64,000 nucleotides of DNA, from the IMG/VR virus record IMGVR_UViG_3300045988_140636; one strand, 5' to 3'. Below, piece after piece: positions 29,018-38,307 of this stretch (within the stretch, counting starts at the first letter, position 1; each line of letters begins with the position of its first letter). Position numbers and translations under genes: made by a program. The notes under the pieces are model-generated. The model saw only the letters and a program-made list of their open reading frames with translations, did not search any database and was not told the origin of the DNA. The DNA is from a virus.

Positions 29018-29947
29018 CAATTTGTTACCCCAAAGGCTCTTTATCCTTTGGTTCTATATATTACTATATAGTTCGGACTATATCTTCATTGTTTCCAATG
29101 CAGGGCACTCGTGTCAGGTTTATTATTTGAGCTATTCACCTGTTAGTCTCTGAACCTTCTACATACTTTTATGCTCTTCTGTAGCTTGGCTGCTGATTGA
29201 CTCATTAAGTTGTTCCAGCAATTCACCCTGTTTATCCAGAACCCTTCTTTTACTATAAGTAATTAGTTTATATTGCATGGATGGAATAATATAATCTTTA
29301 ATTAGTTCTACAAACTTAGGAAAATCCTTAGCTTGTAGATACATACTATTATCATGTTTGCCTACAGTAAAATGTAAGTCAAATTTATTTAATAATATGT
29401 TAGCTAACAAAAGCTGTTCTTCAAGAGTAAATGAACAAGTAGATAAGGTACATGAATTTTTAGTTACATAACCATCATCCATATACCATATAGCCAAACC
29501 TAAAGCATCTATATCTTTTACAAATTCTTCAAAGATTCTTTTATGTCCATTAGAGTCATAATATTTTAATCTTATATTTGTAAAAATAGGATGTAATCTA
29601 GATTTAAATCTATATCCAACTAATTCATGTAAATATCTTTTATTATTTACATGATATTCAACTATAGGAGATACTAAGTTATATTTATTTAGTATCTCCC
29701 ATTTATACTCAAGATATTCTTTTTGTTTTTCAGAGTGCGCTATACTAAGACACATATTTTTAGCTGTTTTTCCTACTGAACAAAAACATCCATCACCTAA
29801 CAAACTTCCTATAAGAAGTTGTCTTAGATCATTTTCTACTTTAATTTCCTTGTAATTCTTCATACCATTAAGAATTTGGCACAAAGATAAGGTATTTGAC
29901 CTAATATTGCAATATTCTAGTTAAATTATTTATAGATTATTACCAAA
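29018..29947 (-). mobile_element. group I intron (930 nt) in the UDG gene with LAGLIDADG homing endonuclease
   Basis: Minus-strand Q (CAATCAGCAGCCAA, 29184-29197), R (GGTTCAGAGACT, 29145-29156) and S (AAGATATAGTCC, 29073-29084); P9 CUAUAUAGUAAUAUAUAG; ends GGUAACAAAUUG|; exon 1 ends in U (GAT). Confidence 0.85.
29159..29884 (-). CDS. LAGLIDADG homing endonuclease (double-motif), intron-encoded
   Basis: IGSLLGDGCFC and LAIWYMDDGY motifs; paralogous to 18545..19243. Confidence 0.85.
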   Translation of the reverse strand: MCQILNGMKNYKEIKVENDLRQLLIGSLLGDGCFCSVGKTAKNMCLSIAHSEKQKEYLEYKWEILNKYNLVSPIVEYHVNNKRYLHELVGYRFKSRLHPIFTNIRLKYYDSNGHKRIFEEFVKDIDALGLAIWYMDDGYVTKNSCTLSTCSFTLEEQLLLANILLNKFDLHFTVGKHDNSMYLQAKDFPKFVELIKDYIIPSMQYKLITYSKRRVLDKQGELLEQLNESISSQATEEHKSM

Positions 29948-30133
29948 ATCCTGCCCTAGAAACACTACCTTCAAATCCTCGAATGGACATAACTTAAAAG
30001 CCCTAAACACATCAGTTTGCTTAGGGCATACAGGCTTTATCATATACTCCTTAGATAACATATTCATTACATGATTAAGCTCTACTTTATCAATGACCTT
30101 CATCCAACCTCCAAAATATTCTTCTGTCGTCAT
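29948..30133 (-). CDS. ung: uracil-DNA glycosylase family 1, exon 1 (ends ...VVFLGQD)
   Basis: Matches the Ung N-terminus up to the catalytic GQD (E. coli VKVVILGQDPYH); the ORF-track tail FGNNL* is intron sequence. Confidence 0.8.
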
Positions 30134-30840
30134 TCAAGTGCTAGTAAATCGTCTATATTATTTTCTAAAAAATTATTTAGAGATTCATTTATATCTTCGC
30201 CTTGAGGTGGAGGAATAGTCTTTATGAACTCTTCAGCATTATCTATTTTAACTTCCACTTGGTTTAGGTATCTATAATCTACCAATTCCGAAAGGAATGC
30301 AGGAATAACCCTTTTAATTATATGTTTCTCTAATATACCTGGTCTATCTAATAAGAATAGCGTCGGAGACACATGTACTACTATCTTTCTAGTAGGAGTT
30401 AACCTGTGATCCTTCAATACGCAACAGGAGTTAACCATTAGTAACATATTCATGCATCTATCTAATATTATTCCTCTACATCCATAGTACACCTGATCTT
30501 TACAAGACACTTTACTCAAGGAGAATGAATCAAATAAGGCTCTAATTAATGAGTTACTTCCTAATGCAGTATTCTCTTTTGAGTTTAAGAACACAGGAGT
30601 AACTATTCTACATTTTCTTGACAACAGCTCATCGAACTCACTCCCAGATAGTTTAGAGAATTGGCTCCTCAGTATAGTGGGAATCTCTATATTCATATCC
30701 TCTCTTAGAGTAGCTTCAACAAGAATTCTATACGGGTTTGTATTGTTACTTCCATATAGTGAAGGGACAGATACTGAGGGTCTACTAATTGATATTGCTT
30801 TGTATAAGTCCTCTATATATTTTTCTGAAAAAATCATCAT
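30130..30840 (-). CDS. hypothetical protein (236 aa) in the E1/JAB cluster
   Basis: Start/stop overlap with E1-like gene; several Cys (GCRGIILDRCMNMLLMVNSCC); no family recognised. Confidence 0.4.
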   Translation of the reverse strand: MMIFSEKYIEDLYKAISISRPSVSVPSLYGSNNTNPYRILVEATLREDMNIEIPTILRSQFSKLSGSEFDELLSRKCRIVTPVFLNSKENTALGSNSLIRALFDSFSLSKVSCKDQVYYGCRGIILDRCMNMLLMVNSCCVLKDHRLTPTRKIVVHVSPTLFLLDRPGILEKHIIKRVIPAFLSELVDYRYLNQVEVKIDNAEEFIKTIPPPQGEDINESLNNFLENNIDDLLALE

Positions 30841-31787
30841 GATATAGTTTTAAAATACATAGTTTCTGCATTATATTCAGTATAGAACGGAAGGTCCCTG
30901 TCTATAAGTGGATTACATTTATTTGCTATAAAATTGACAAACAAATTAACTATAACAGATCCAATCATATTAGCCATAAAAGTAGTTTGTTTATAACTGC
31001 ATACAGTAGGATCGGCCTCAAAGTCTGAGAACAAATAAGGCTCATATCTTCGTATATTATCCATATCGTCTCCTTTTATACAGAACACTTGAAATTCTTC
31101 TGCTGCCAATCTGCCATCTATAAACAGACATTCTTCTCGCCTCTCTTTGGGTAATTCTAACACCCTATCAGTCCAATTCTTAAAAGCATCCTTTCTAGCT
31201 TTCATATTATCGAACCCACAAATAGTTATTCCAGTTATAGCTGAAGAGGTATCCAGTTTTTTAGTTAGAGCTGAAACACTATGATAGTCTGAATAATTTT
31301 CTATCATATCTGCTATAGCATCTGCCTTATAAAGACCTATTTGAGACTTACTATATAACTGTCCGGACAAATTAACTGTTTCTACTTTATCTGGGTCATA
31401 TAAAGTTAGTGACCTGACATCCATTCTAGATAACATAAATACTACATAGCTTCCTATCCCTCCTAATCCAGCTACAGTAATATTTTGCTTAAGTATCTTA
31501 TCAAACCAAAGGGCAGAGTTAAATCTAGATGTCCCTTCTTTTATTAATAAGGTCTTAGAATTTTCAGGAATTTTATCTATAACCAAATCCTGATCTATTA
31601 GTGCAGATATTAACATAGAATGTTCTTCTTCATCAAGATAAAATTTACTACCCTCTACAGTAATTTCACTAACAAATTCTCCATCCATAATAACTTGCCT
31701 AATACTGGAAATAGCCTTTCCTTTGATTAACTCTATTAAGTCCCCTACAGCTAGTGATTCATTAGGGCTTTGATCTAATCTTTTCAT
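30837..31787 (-). CDS. ThiF/MoeB-family E1-like adenylyltransferase with about 100-aa N-terminal extension
   Basis: Rossmann VAGLGGIGSYV (GxGxxG), LYDPDKVETVNLSGQLY, and ITICGFDNMKARKDAF (compare MoeB/E1 VLDCTDNFETR). Confidence 0.7.
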   Translation of the reverse strand: MKRLDQSPNESLAVGDLIELIKGKAISSIRQVIMDGEFVSEITVEGSKFYLDEEEHSMLISALIDQDLVIDKIPENSKTLLIKEGTSRFNSALWFDKILKQNITVAGLGGIGSYVVFMLSRMDVRSLTLYDPDKVETVNLSGQLYSKSQIGLYKADAIADMIENYSDYHSVSALTKKLDTSSAITGITICGFDNMKARKDAFKNWTDRVLELPKERREECLFIDGRLAAEEFQVFCIKGDDMDNIRRYEPYLFSDFEADPTVCSYKQTTFMANMIGSVIVNLFVNFIANKCNPLIDRDLPFYTEYNAETMYFKTIS

Positions 31788-31802
31788 ATTATCATTTCTC
31801 CT

Positions 31803-32987
31803 TTAAAAAATATAATCACATAATATTTTAATATATTCTCCTATATATATATTACTATCAAGCTTCTCTAATTCTTCTTTGATTGCAGTAGCACATAATG
31901 TAACTATCTCATCGTCATCCACTCCTTGTTTAACCAAATCCTCATCTATTGTATACCAACATAGGAATTCTATAAATCCTTCAGCCCACTTCTTGAACAT
32001 CTCCAGTCCTTCTTCTCCCTTCCCAAATCTTCTTTCATATATAGGTATCATTCCTGCTACCCAAGATTTTATATTTATTTTACTTTCTCTAGGGATAACC
32101 ACACTTCCTGTTACTAATTGAAGGGCTAAAGACTTTGCCAGACCTTTATCAAAACTATGCTTCTTTGTATCATCTCTAAATTTTAAAGTCTGCTGTCTCT
32201 GACTTAAATCATCTTCTTCCATTAGATTATATGTATCCTTTTGTGTCAATGATTCAAACTTGGAAAAAGGCTTATACGTGTGAAGAGGAGGATCAAATCT
32301 ACTATTTATTTTCTGAATCTTAGACTCCTCTATCTCTTTAAGTCTGGATTCTAACTCTGTATATTCACTACACCCTTCTACTTCTATATCAAGGTAGTAA
32401 TATTCCAATTCCTCAGTATTAGTTCCTTCAAAATTTCGAACTTCCTTGATTTGTGTGTTACCAAAACTAGGATAACAGAAACTTTCCACAATACACTTGT
32501 TAACCAATCTTCTAGTTATGGCTGCTGTATAATTCCCTCTATTATTAACTATTAAGGAAACAAAGTGATTCCTATCCAATCCTTCCTCTTTCAGAGTTCT
32601 TATATCTGTTCCACTGAAGGAGGTATCCATGTTATTATGTGAATGGATTAATCCCATATGACAATCTAACAGCTCAGGGTTGTTCACTACATAACTGCAT
32701 ACATCAGGAGACATATCAAACTCCGTATAAGCAGAACTTCCGATATCCATAACACATATATCTTCACATTTTATGATTAGACTTCTATCTTCAAAGGATC
32801 CCTCAGATGTAAAAAATAGAACTCCGGACCACTCATCTTTCCATACCTTTCTACATATGTATATTATTTTTTCTTCTACTTTCTTCGGTATTATCATTTT
32901 ATAAGTAGTAGAATTCTCGGTCATCTGAATTGTTTGTTTCTCTACTTTTTTCTGACTCGTCTCTAAGACTTGATTTATTCCTTCCAT
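31803..32987 (-). CDS. JAB/MPN (JAMM) metallopeptidase domain protein with about 200-aa C-terminal extension
   Basis: JAMM motif HSHNNMDTSFSGTD (HxHx7Sx2D) with upstream Glu (KDEWSG). Confidence 0.7.
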   Translation of the reverse strand: MEGINQVLETSQKKVEKQTIQMTENSTTYKMIIPKKVEEKIIYICRKVWKDEWSGVLFFTSEGSFEDRSLIIKCEDICVMDIGSSAYTEFDMSPDVCSYVVNNPELLDCHMGLIHSHNNMDTSFSGTDIRTLKEEGLDRNHFVSLIVNNRGNYTAAITRRLVNKCIVESFCYPSFGNTQIKEVRNFEGTNTEELEYYYLDIEVEGCSEYTELESRLKEIEESKIQKINSRFDPPLHTYKPFSKFESLTQKDTYNLMEEDDLSQRQQTLKFRDDTKKHSFDKGLAKSLALQLVTGSVVIPRESKINIKSWVAGMIPIYERRFGKGEEGLEMFKKWAEGFIEFLCWYTIDEDLVKQGVDDDEIVTLCATAIKEELEKLDSNIYIGEYIKILCDYIF

Positions 32988-34212
32988 ATTTACAATTTAC
33001 TAATTTTAATATTCTATTCAGTAAAAAACCTATTATCCCTGGATTTAAGATGGTAGTAATATAATTATTAATAGTATCTCCTTCTACTATATGAACTACT
33101 ACTTCTTTCCCCTTAAATGTGCCCATCACTCCTAGATTAGATTTATCAATCTCTAAAATACCCAGGATATTAGTGATTCTGTAAATAATACCCTTCGATA
33201 CAAATACTTTGGTTAAAATATTTTCTAGAGACTCTTCCTCTTTTCTTATCATTCCTTTTTGATATATATATCTTCCTTTGGTATTAAACCAATTGATAAA
33301 TTCATTACTTACTAGTAGTATAAATTTCGTTATACTCATACCAATAGAATAACCCCCATTTTTGTAATTGAAGATAAGTTTTTTCTGTTCTATGAAATAT
33401 TTAATGAAATCATAAACCATAGGCCTCAAACATGATGCTATATATACCGAATCATTAAGACTGATATGAACTATTTTAGCACTTCTGTTAAAAACTACTT
33501 CCTCTAATCTCCTATAAGGACCTCCACTTAGGGATTCTGTTGCTACATACTTCTCCAATTCTACACAAAACAGTCTCCAAATATCCAAATCATAATGAAA
33601 GTTCAAGGAATTTACTGTATTTCTTATAGGACCGCTTCCCAAACACACTTGAAGAAACTCTTTAAAGTTCTCCCTTGGTATTCCACATACATGGGAATGC
33701 ATATAGTCACAAAAATACTGTGTCATTGTATATTCCCCTCTATTAAAAGAGAAGGATCCTTCCATAGTGCCCCCCATATCTATTGGTACTTTGACATATA
33801 GTTCAGTAATATCTATAAAATGATCATGTTCATTACTAACTCTTACTCTTGGGAAGTATACTATGATGTAAAACTGTATCTCACTCTCTAATTTCGACAT
33901 TATCTTATCCAGAAGATCCCTAATGCTAGGGATACTACTTAGAATTTCATCAGGTATGTCCTTTATTAATTGTATATTAGACATTTTTTCCTTTAACCTG
34001 GATGACTCCTCAGTGCCCAGTGCTGTTCCAATACTTATATTATCATAAGTTTTCGAGAATTCCTCTTCTATTTCTGAAATGGTAGGAACATTTTGTAAGT
34101 CTACCTTATCTTCTCCAAAGAAATCTTCGAATATTTCCAGTACACTTGTTACATTTCGTAAATGTTCCTTACATATTGCTTCTATAACTTTCCTAGTTTT
34201 TTCCCCTATCAT
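32899..34212 (-). CDS. hypothetical protein (437 aa) in the E1/JAB cluster
   Basis: Large ORF overlapping the JAB gene start; no family recognised. Confidence 0.4.
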   Translation of the reverse strand: MIGEKTRKVIEAICKEHLRNVTSVLEIFEDFFGEDKVDLQNVPTISEIEEEFSKTYDNISIGTALGTEESSRLKEKMSNIQLIKDIPDEILSSIPSIRDLLDKIMSKLESEIQFYIIVYFPRVRVSNEHDHFIDITELYVKVPIDMGGTMEGSFSFNRGEYTMTQYFCDYMHSHVCGIPRENFKEFLQVCLGSGPIRNTVNSLNFHYDLDIWRLFCVELEKYVATESLSGGPYRRLEEVVFNRSAKIVHISLNDSVYIASCLRPMVYDFIKYFIEQKKLIFNYKNGGYSIGMSITKFILLVSNEFINWFNTKGRYIYQKGMIRKEEESLENILTKVFVSKGIIYRITNILGILEIDKSNLGVMGTFKGKEVVVHIVEGDTINNYITTILNPGIIGFLLNRILKLVNCKYGRNKSSLRDESEKSRETNNSDDREFYYL

Positions 34213-34221
34213 ATCATATAA

Positions 34222-34256
34222 TAAAAAAAAAGCAGGTAAGAAAAATCTTACCTGCT
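34222..34256 (-). terminator. intrinsic terminator (GCAGGTAAG/CTTACCTGC hairpin followed by a U10 run on the minus strand)
   Basis: 9-bp perfect stem 34232-34240/34247-34255; A-run on plus equals T-run on minus. Confidence 0.55.
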
Positions 34257-34272
34257 AGTAAACAAACCCTTA

Positions 34273-34902
34273 TCAAACAAAATCAAACATTTCATCAATC
34301 TCATCATCTGAGTAGGTGGAGAGCCCTTTTTTTGGCTTTGCAGTGTTAGAGGAGTACTTACCACTAAGAATATTAGTAGCCTCCTCTCTTTCCAAAATTT
34401 CAGCATCTACCAAAGAGTCTAACAGACATTTAATAGAGGTTCTCAATGAAGTTACTTCTTTCTCTAAATCACCTTTGGGAGCTTCTTCCTTAGATGTAGA
34501 ACCGTGATGCTCTTCAATCAGTTTCAGAAGATCTTCAGATTTACACAGAGTATAATTTTTCCCATACTTTCTAATACAGGCATCTTCCAAGTGATATTCT
34601 TTTATACCATTGTAAATCTCTTTTCTATTTACAGCTCCGGATTTAATCTTTTTATTAGGAGAAGTCAACATGAACACAAGCTCATTAGTAGTCTGTCCTT
34701 TATAAAGGACATCATGAGGAAGAATAGAACCATCATCGATTAATTCAGTTTTTGAAAGTCCTTCATAGAATGTCATGTCCTGATAATTTACGCCTGTTCT
34801 ATCCAGATCTCTCTTCAGTTCCCCTAATGTAGTAGCACTGGACATAATTACTTTTTTCTCTTGTGTTCTCGTAGATACGATTGTGATTTTTCTTGCTTCC
34901 AT
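34273..34902 (-). CDS. ubiquitin-like (beta-grasp) N-terminal domain protein, 209 aa, acidic C-terminus
   Basis: Residues 5-80 follow the ubiquitin pattern (KITIVSTRTQEKKVIMSSATTLGELKRDL...GVNYQDMTFYEGLSKTELIDDGSILPHDVL...NELVFML versus Ub QIFVKTLTGKTITLEV...LEDGRTLSDYNI...LHLVL); no C-terminal GG. Confidence 0.4.
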   Translation of the reverse strand: MEARKITIVSTRTQEKKVIMSSATTLGELKRDLDRTGVNYQDMTFYEGLSKTELIDDGSILPHDVLYKGQTTNELVFMLTSPNKKIKSGAVNRKEIYNGIKEYHLEDACIRKYGKNYTLCKSEDLLKLIEEHHGSTSKEEAPKGDLEKEVTSLRTSIKCLLDSLVDAEILEREEATNILSGKYSSNTAKPKKGLSTYSDDEIDEMFDFV

Positions 34903-34940
34903 AATTAATTTTATTAAATGTTTTTTATCTTTTTTTTCTT

Positions 34941-35942
34941 TTATTTTTCAAATAATTCTTTCATTATTTTGATGAAGTCATTCTTGTCTTGAAGAGAATG
35001 ATAAAGGCCTGATATATCATTATCTCCTTCGAATTTAGGTAATATCAAGTTAGTAAATCCTGTGGATTTAGCCAGTTTCTCCCCATCTATAAGTCCTGCT
35101 TCATCATTATCAAATAATATGAATATCCTTTTATACCTTCTTTTAAGCTCATTAATAGCTGTGTTGCTTATTCTATAGCCTTCTCCCTGAACAGCTAAGG
35201 ATGGAATTCCGGTATTAGCCCATAAGCAAAGAGCGTCTTTTACAGAAGAACATATGCATACTGAATCTCCATATTCAGGTATTTTTGTCCACAAACTAAT
35301 TACAGACAAGTCATGTTTGTTACTCCATTTATAACCATCTTTGTTAAATGGTTGGTAAATCTTCAAAGTAACCTTTCCTTCTTTACGTTCTACATACGCA
35401 TAGGCATATTTATCTGCTGCATACACCCTTCTCACTCCATCCTTTATCACGATCTTATGAGATATAGGATAAACATCAGCATATTTTAACCATTCCAGAC
35501 TCACTCCAAAGGATTCCCAGTACTCTATATCATGTTTCCTCCACTCTCTTATTTTGCATTGTAAGTCAATTGACTTGTTATAACTTTTAGTAGTAATTAT
35601 ACTGCAGGAATTATAAGGTCTTATATTAGAATTATTAGAGAATCTAAGCATATCCTTATCTATTCTTTCTAAAACTTCTACATATGATATTCCCCACATT
35701 TTAGACAGAAGGTCAAATAATCCTCCTCTGTCTCCTGTAGATAAATCAACATAAAATATTCTCTTTCCATCTCTAGAGTATAACCCAAAAGAAGGTCTTT
35801 TATCTTCTCTGAGAGGAGAATTTATTATACAAGGTATTTCAGTGATACCCAAATAAAAGTATAGAATACTAGATTCTGTTGTTTTCTTCAATATGTCCTC
35901 TAAGTTAATTGAAGATCTTCCAGAAATAAACGGCATATTCAC
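34941..35942 (-). CDS. DnaG-like DNA primase (degenerate zinc-binding N-terminus plus TOPRIM)
   Basis: SPLREDKRPSFGLY (compare CPFHxEKTPSF) and TOPRIM CICSSVKDALCLW ... ILFDNDEAG. Confidence 0.6.
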   Translation of the reverse strand: MNMPFISGRSSINLEDILKKTTESSILYFYLGITEIPCIINSPLREDKRPSFGLYSRDGKRIFYVDLSTGDRGGLFDLLSKMWGISYVEVLERIDKDMLRFSNNSNIRPYNSCSIITTKSYNKSIDLQCKIREWRKHDIEYWESFGVSLEWLKYADVYPISHKIVIKDGVRRVYAADKYAYAYVERKEGKVTLKIYQPFNKDGYKWSNKHDLSVISLWTKIPEYGDSVCICSSVKDALCLWANTGIPSLAVQGEGYRISNTAINELKRRYKRIFILFDNDEAGLIDGEKLAKSTGFTNLILPKFEGDNDISGLYHSLQDKNDFIKIMKELFEK

Positions 35943-35961
35943 ATTATTTTTCTATTTATTA

Positions 35962-36888
35962 TTATTTATCAAACCACGGAGAGGGTTGCATTGGCATGTC
36001 AAAAGGAGATCCTGTCTGGGTCAAGTCATTATTGAAGTCAGTCGGTTCTATTGTGTACTCCTTTAAATCACAGACTTCAAATTCTGTAGTAGGATAAGCT
36101 CCAGCGGCTTTTCTGTTTTGAAGTTCTTCATCCAGTTTGCTATAATCTGCCACACTATTCTTCAAGAACTTTTGAACATAAACAGCTTGATACTGTTTGC
36201 CATCTTCAGTAGTTCTTACTCCGAATAGACCTTTGACTCTGTTCTTAGGCTGCAAAGAAATTGCTTCTTTCAATTCTGAATAATCTCCTTTGAAATAATT
36301 TTCAATCTTATCCAATCTAGCTTCCGCATCAGCTTTATTAGGAAGTTCTACCACTTCTCCATTGGATTTTCTATAGGATTTATTAGGAATATTTAAATAT
36401 GCCTTCAAGAATCCTGTAAGATCCTCTTCCCCTATATAAGCCGGCCTAAAATCAGCAGGTTCGAACCAATTAAGGTTGGATGGAACAGTGCCAGATTTTG
36501 CATTTTCTATAGGCAGCCAAGTAGTTTCTCCATATTTATTTATTACTTGAACTTTGCTTCCATCTCTGTTATATCTAACCTCCCTGGCAATGAAGAAAGA
36601 TATTTTAGTTCTCATATCAATTCCATTGCATTTCTCAGGGTCTGTCTGTACAATAAAATCTATTCTTACTTGAGGAACAGTATGTTTATCACCTTCTGGA
36701 CCAACTTCAACTTCACTTAAATATGAAGGGCCATCATTAATAGTGGTATTATACAATTTTTCTAGTGTTTCCTTATCAGGATTAACAGCTAACACACCTA
36801 CTGAGCCTACTCCAATATACTTTTTAACTGCACTACCTTCTGTAGATTCACTACCTGTGGCAAAAGCCATAAAGATTTTGTTCGTCAT
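35962..36888 (-). CDS. hypothetical protein (possible ssDNA-binding protein by position)
   Basis: Between primase and helicase-associated genes; no motif recognised. Confidence 0.3.
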   Translation of the reverse strand: MTNKIFMAFATGSESTEGSAVKKYIGVGSVGVLAVNPDKETLEKLYNTTINDGPSYLSEVEVGPEGDKHTVPQVRIDFIVQTDPEKCNGIDMRTKISFFIAREVRYNRDGSKVQVINKYGETTWLPIENAKSGTVPSNLNWFEPADFRPAYIGEEDLTGFLKAYLNIPNKSYRKSNGEVVELPNKADAEARLDKIENYFKGDYSELKEAISLQPKNRVKGLFGVRTTEDGKQYQAVYVQKFLKNSVADYSKLDEELQNRKAAGAYPTTEFEVCDLKEYTIEPTDFNNDLTQTGSPFDMPMQPSPWFDK

Positions 36889-36940
36889 ACTTAATATTTT
36901 TTAATATACTTAATAATAAATATTGTTTACTTGATATTTC

Positions 36941-37327
36941 TTAACTAAAGCTGGGACCTTCAGATGGTACATCATCATCCATCTCAGAACATTGGAAGAA
37001 TTCATCATGGATTTCATACACTTTCTCTTTCTCATTAAATACTAATACACCTTCTTTTGGTTCGTATTTAGTTATTTTAATAGGTTTCCCGTTTCTATCC
37101 ATTTTACCAGTATCCTCAACTACTCTGGTTATTAGTTCCTCACTAGTATGTCCTGTGAGCATTTTTACTCCGACTTCATGGCCTTCTATTTCATTAATCA
37201 AGTCATTGCATTCCTTACTCAGTTCTTTTATTTGTTCTGTCAATTTATTCTTTCTAATAACTAAAGAACTTACATTTTGTGCTACTCTTTTTATGGTAGC
37301 TAGTTGTCTAATTGAAATTGTTTTCAT
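36941..37327 (-). CDS. hypothetical coiled-coil protein
   Basis: ORF in operon spacing. Confidence 0.35.
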   Translation of the reverse strand: MKTISIRQLATIKRVAQNVSSLVIRKNKLTEQIKELSKECNDLINEIEGHEVGVKMLTGHTSEELITRVVEDTGKMDRNGKPIKITKYEPKEGVLVFNEKEKVYEIHDEFFQCSEMDDDVPSEGPSFS

Positions 37328-37328
37328 G

Positions 37329-37592
37329 TTAATACACTAAAATTGTTTTGTTATTACTATCTTTTATTTCTACTATATTTAATTTACGCTTGTAATATTC
37401 TACTATTTCAGTAAAATATGTACCAATAATCCCAATACTTAAAAGGATCTTAATGAAATGTTTTGTTAACTCAACATCTTTATTGTGCTCTTTACAACAA
37501 TATTCTGTGAATAGATTAATTACTTCTTCTGTTTCAATAGCTCCTCCTCTTGTAATTTTATCTACCACTCTAATTATAGTTTCCTTATCCAT
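37329..37592 (-). CDS. hypothetical protein
   Basis: ORF in operon spacing. Confidence 0.3.
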   Translation of the reverse strand: MDKETIIRVVDKITRGGAIETEEVINLFTEYCCKEHNKDVELTKHFIKILLSIGIIGTYFTEIVEYYKRKLNIVEIKDSNNKTILVY

Positions 37593-38307
37593 AATACTCC
37601 TTCATAGCCTTTGATACTATACCAAGATCATTTGGTATGAAGTCTTCATTGAACATATCCGCTGGAGATTTAGCAGGAATTTCTACCAATCCATCCATAA
37701 ACCTATGAGTATAGAATCCATAAGTCGCTTCTCCCTTGTCATTGTACTTAATAGCAGAATAAAGTACCATTGGCACAACCTCTACTGGATTATATTGATT
37801 GTCAATAAGCTGCCCTACGGTACTTACCTTGTAACCGACTATAGTTTTATCACTTTGAATTTCTTCACTATGAAGAATCAAGAAAACATTGATATCCTCC
37901 CTCATTGATTCTATAGTCGAGATAATCTGCTGAAAGTGCATAGCTAACTCTGTATATTTACCATATCCAGTCTCCTTTGCTCTTTTGAAGTATTCCTTTC
38001 TCATAACGTATATAGCATCATCTAATATTACATTATGAACATGTGGAGCTCCCTTATCTATATTCTGCAACAGGCTTATAACTTGAGAATAGTCATCTAC
38101 TCTAAATAGATTCTTCTTGTCTTTGTTATAGAGCTTATTACTATCTTTGAATGGAAGTTTTTTACCTAAAACATTCAAGACTACTACCTCGCTAGGATCT
38201 AATCCTTTTATACTACTGGATTTGCCAGTACCACTCTTACCTAAAATAATTACTGCATTTGCCATCTGTATTACTTTTTTTTTCTCTGTTACTAATGAAT
38301 TTACCAT
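37585..38307 (-). CDS. P-loop ATPase (AAA_24/RecA-like replication-recombination ATPase)
   Basis: Walker A ILGKSGTGKSS, Walker B VILDDAIYV. Confidence 0.55.
   Translation of the reverse strand: MVNSLVTEKKKVIQMANAVIILGKSGTGKSSSIKGLDPSEVVVLNVLGKKLPFKDSNKLYNKDKKNLFRVDDYSQVISLLQNIDKGAPHVHNVILDDAIYVMRKEYFKRAKETGYGKYTELAMHFQQIISTIESMREDINVFLILHSEEIQSDKTIVGYKVSTVGQLIDNQYNPVEVVPMVLYSAIKYNDKGEATYGFYTHRFMDGLVEIPAKSPADMFNEDFIPNDLGIVSKAMKEYYG

Noticed and set aside
29930-30133. The 67-aa ORF as an independent small protein ending FGNNL
   Set aside because: It is the Ung N-terminus up to GQD; the last five codons are intron sequence
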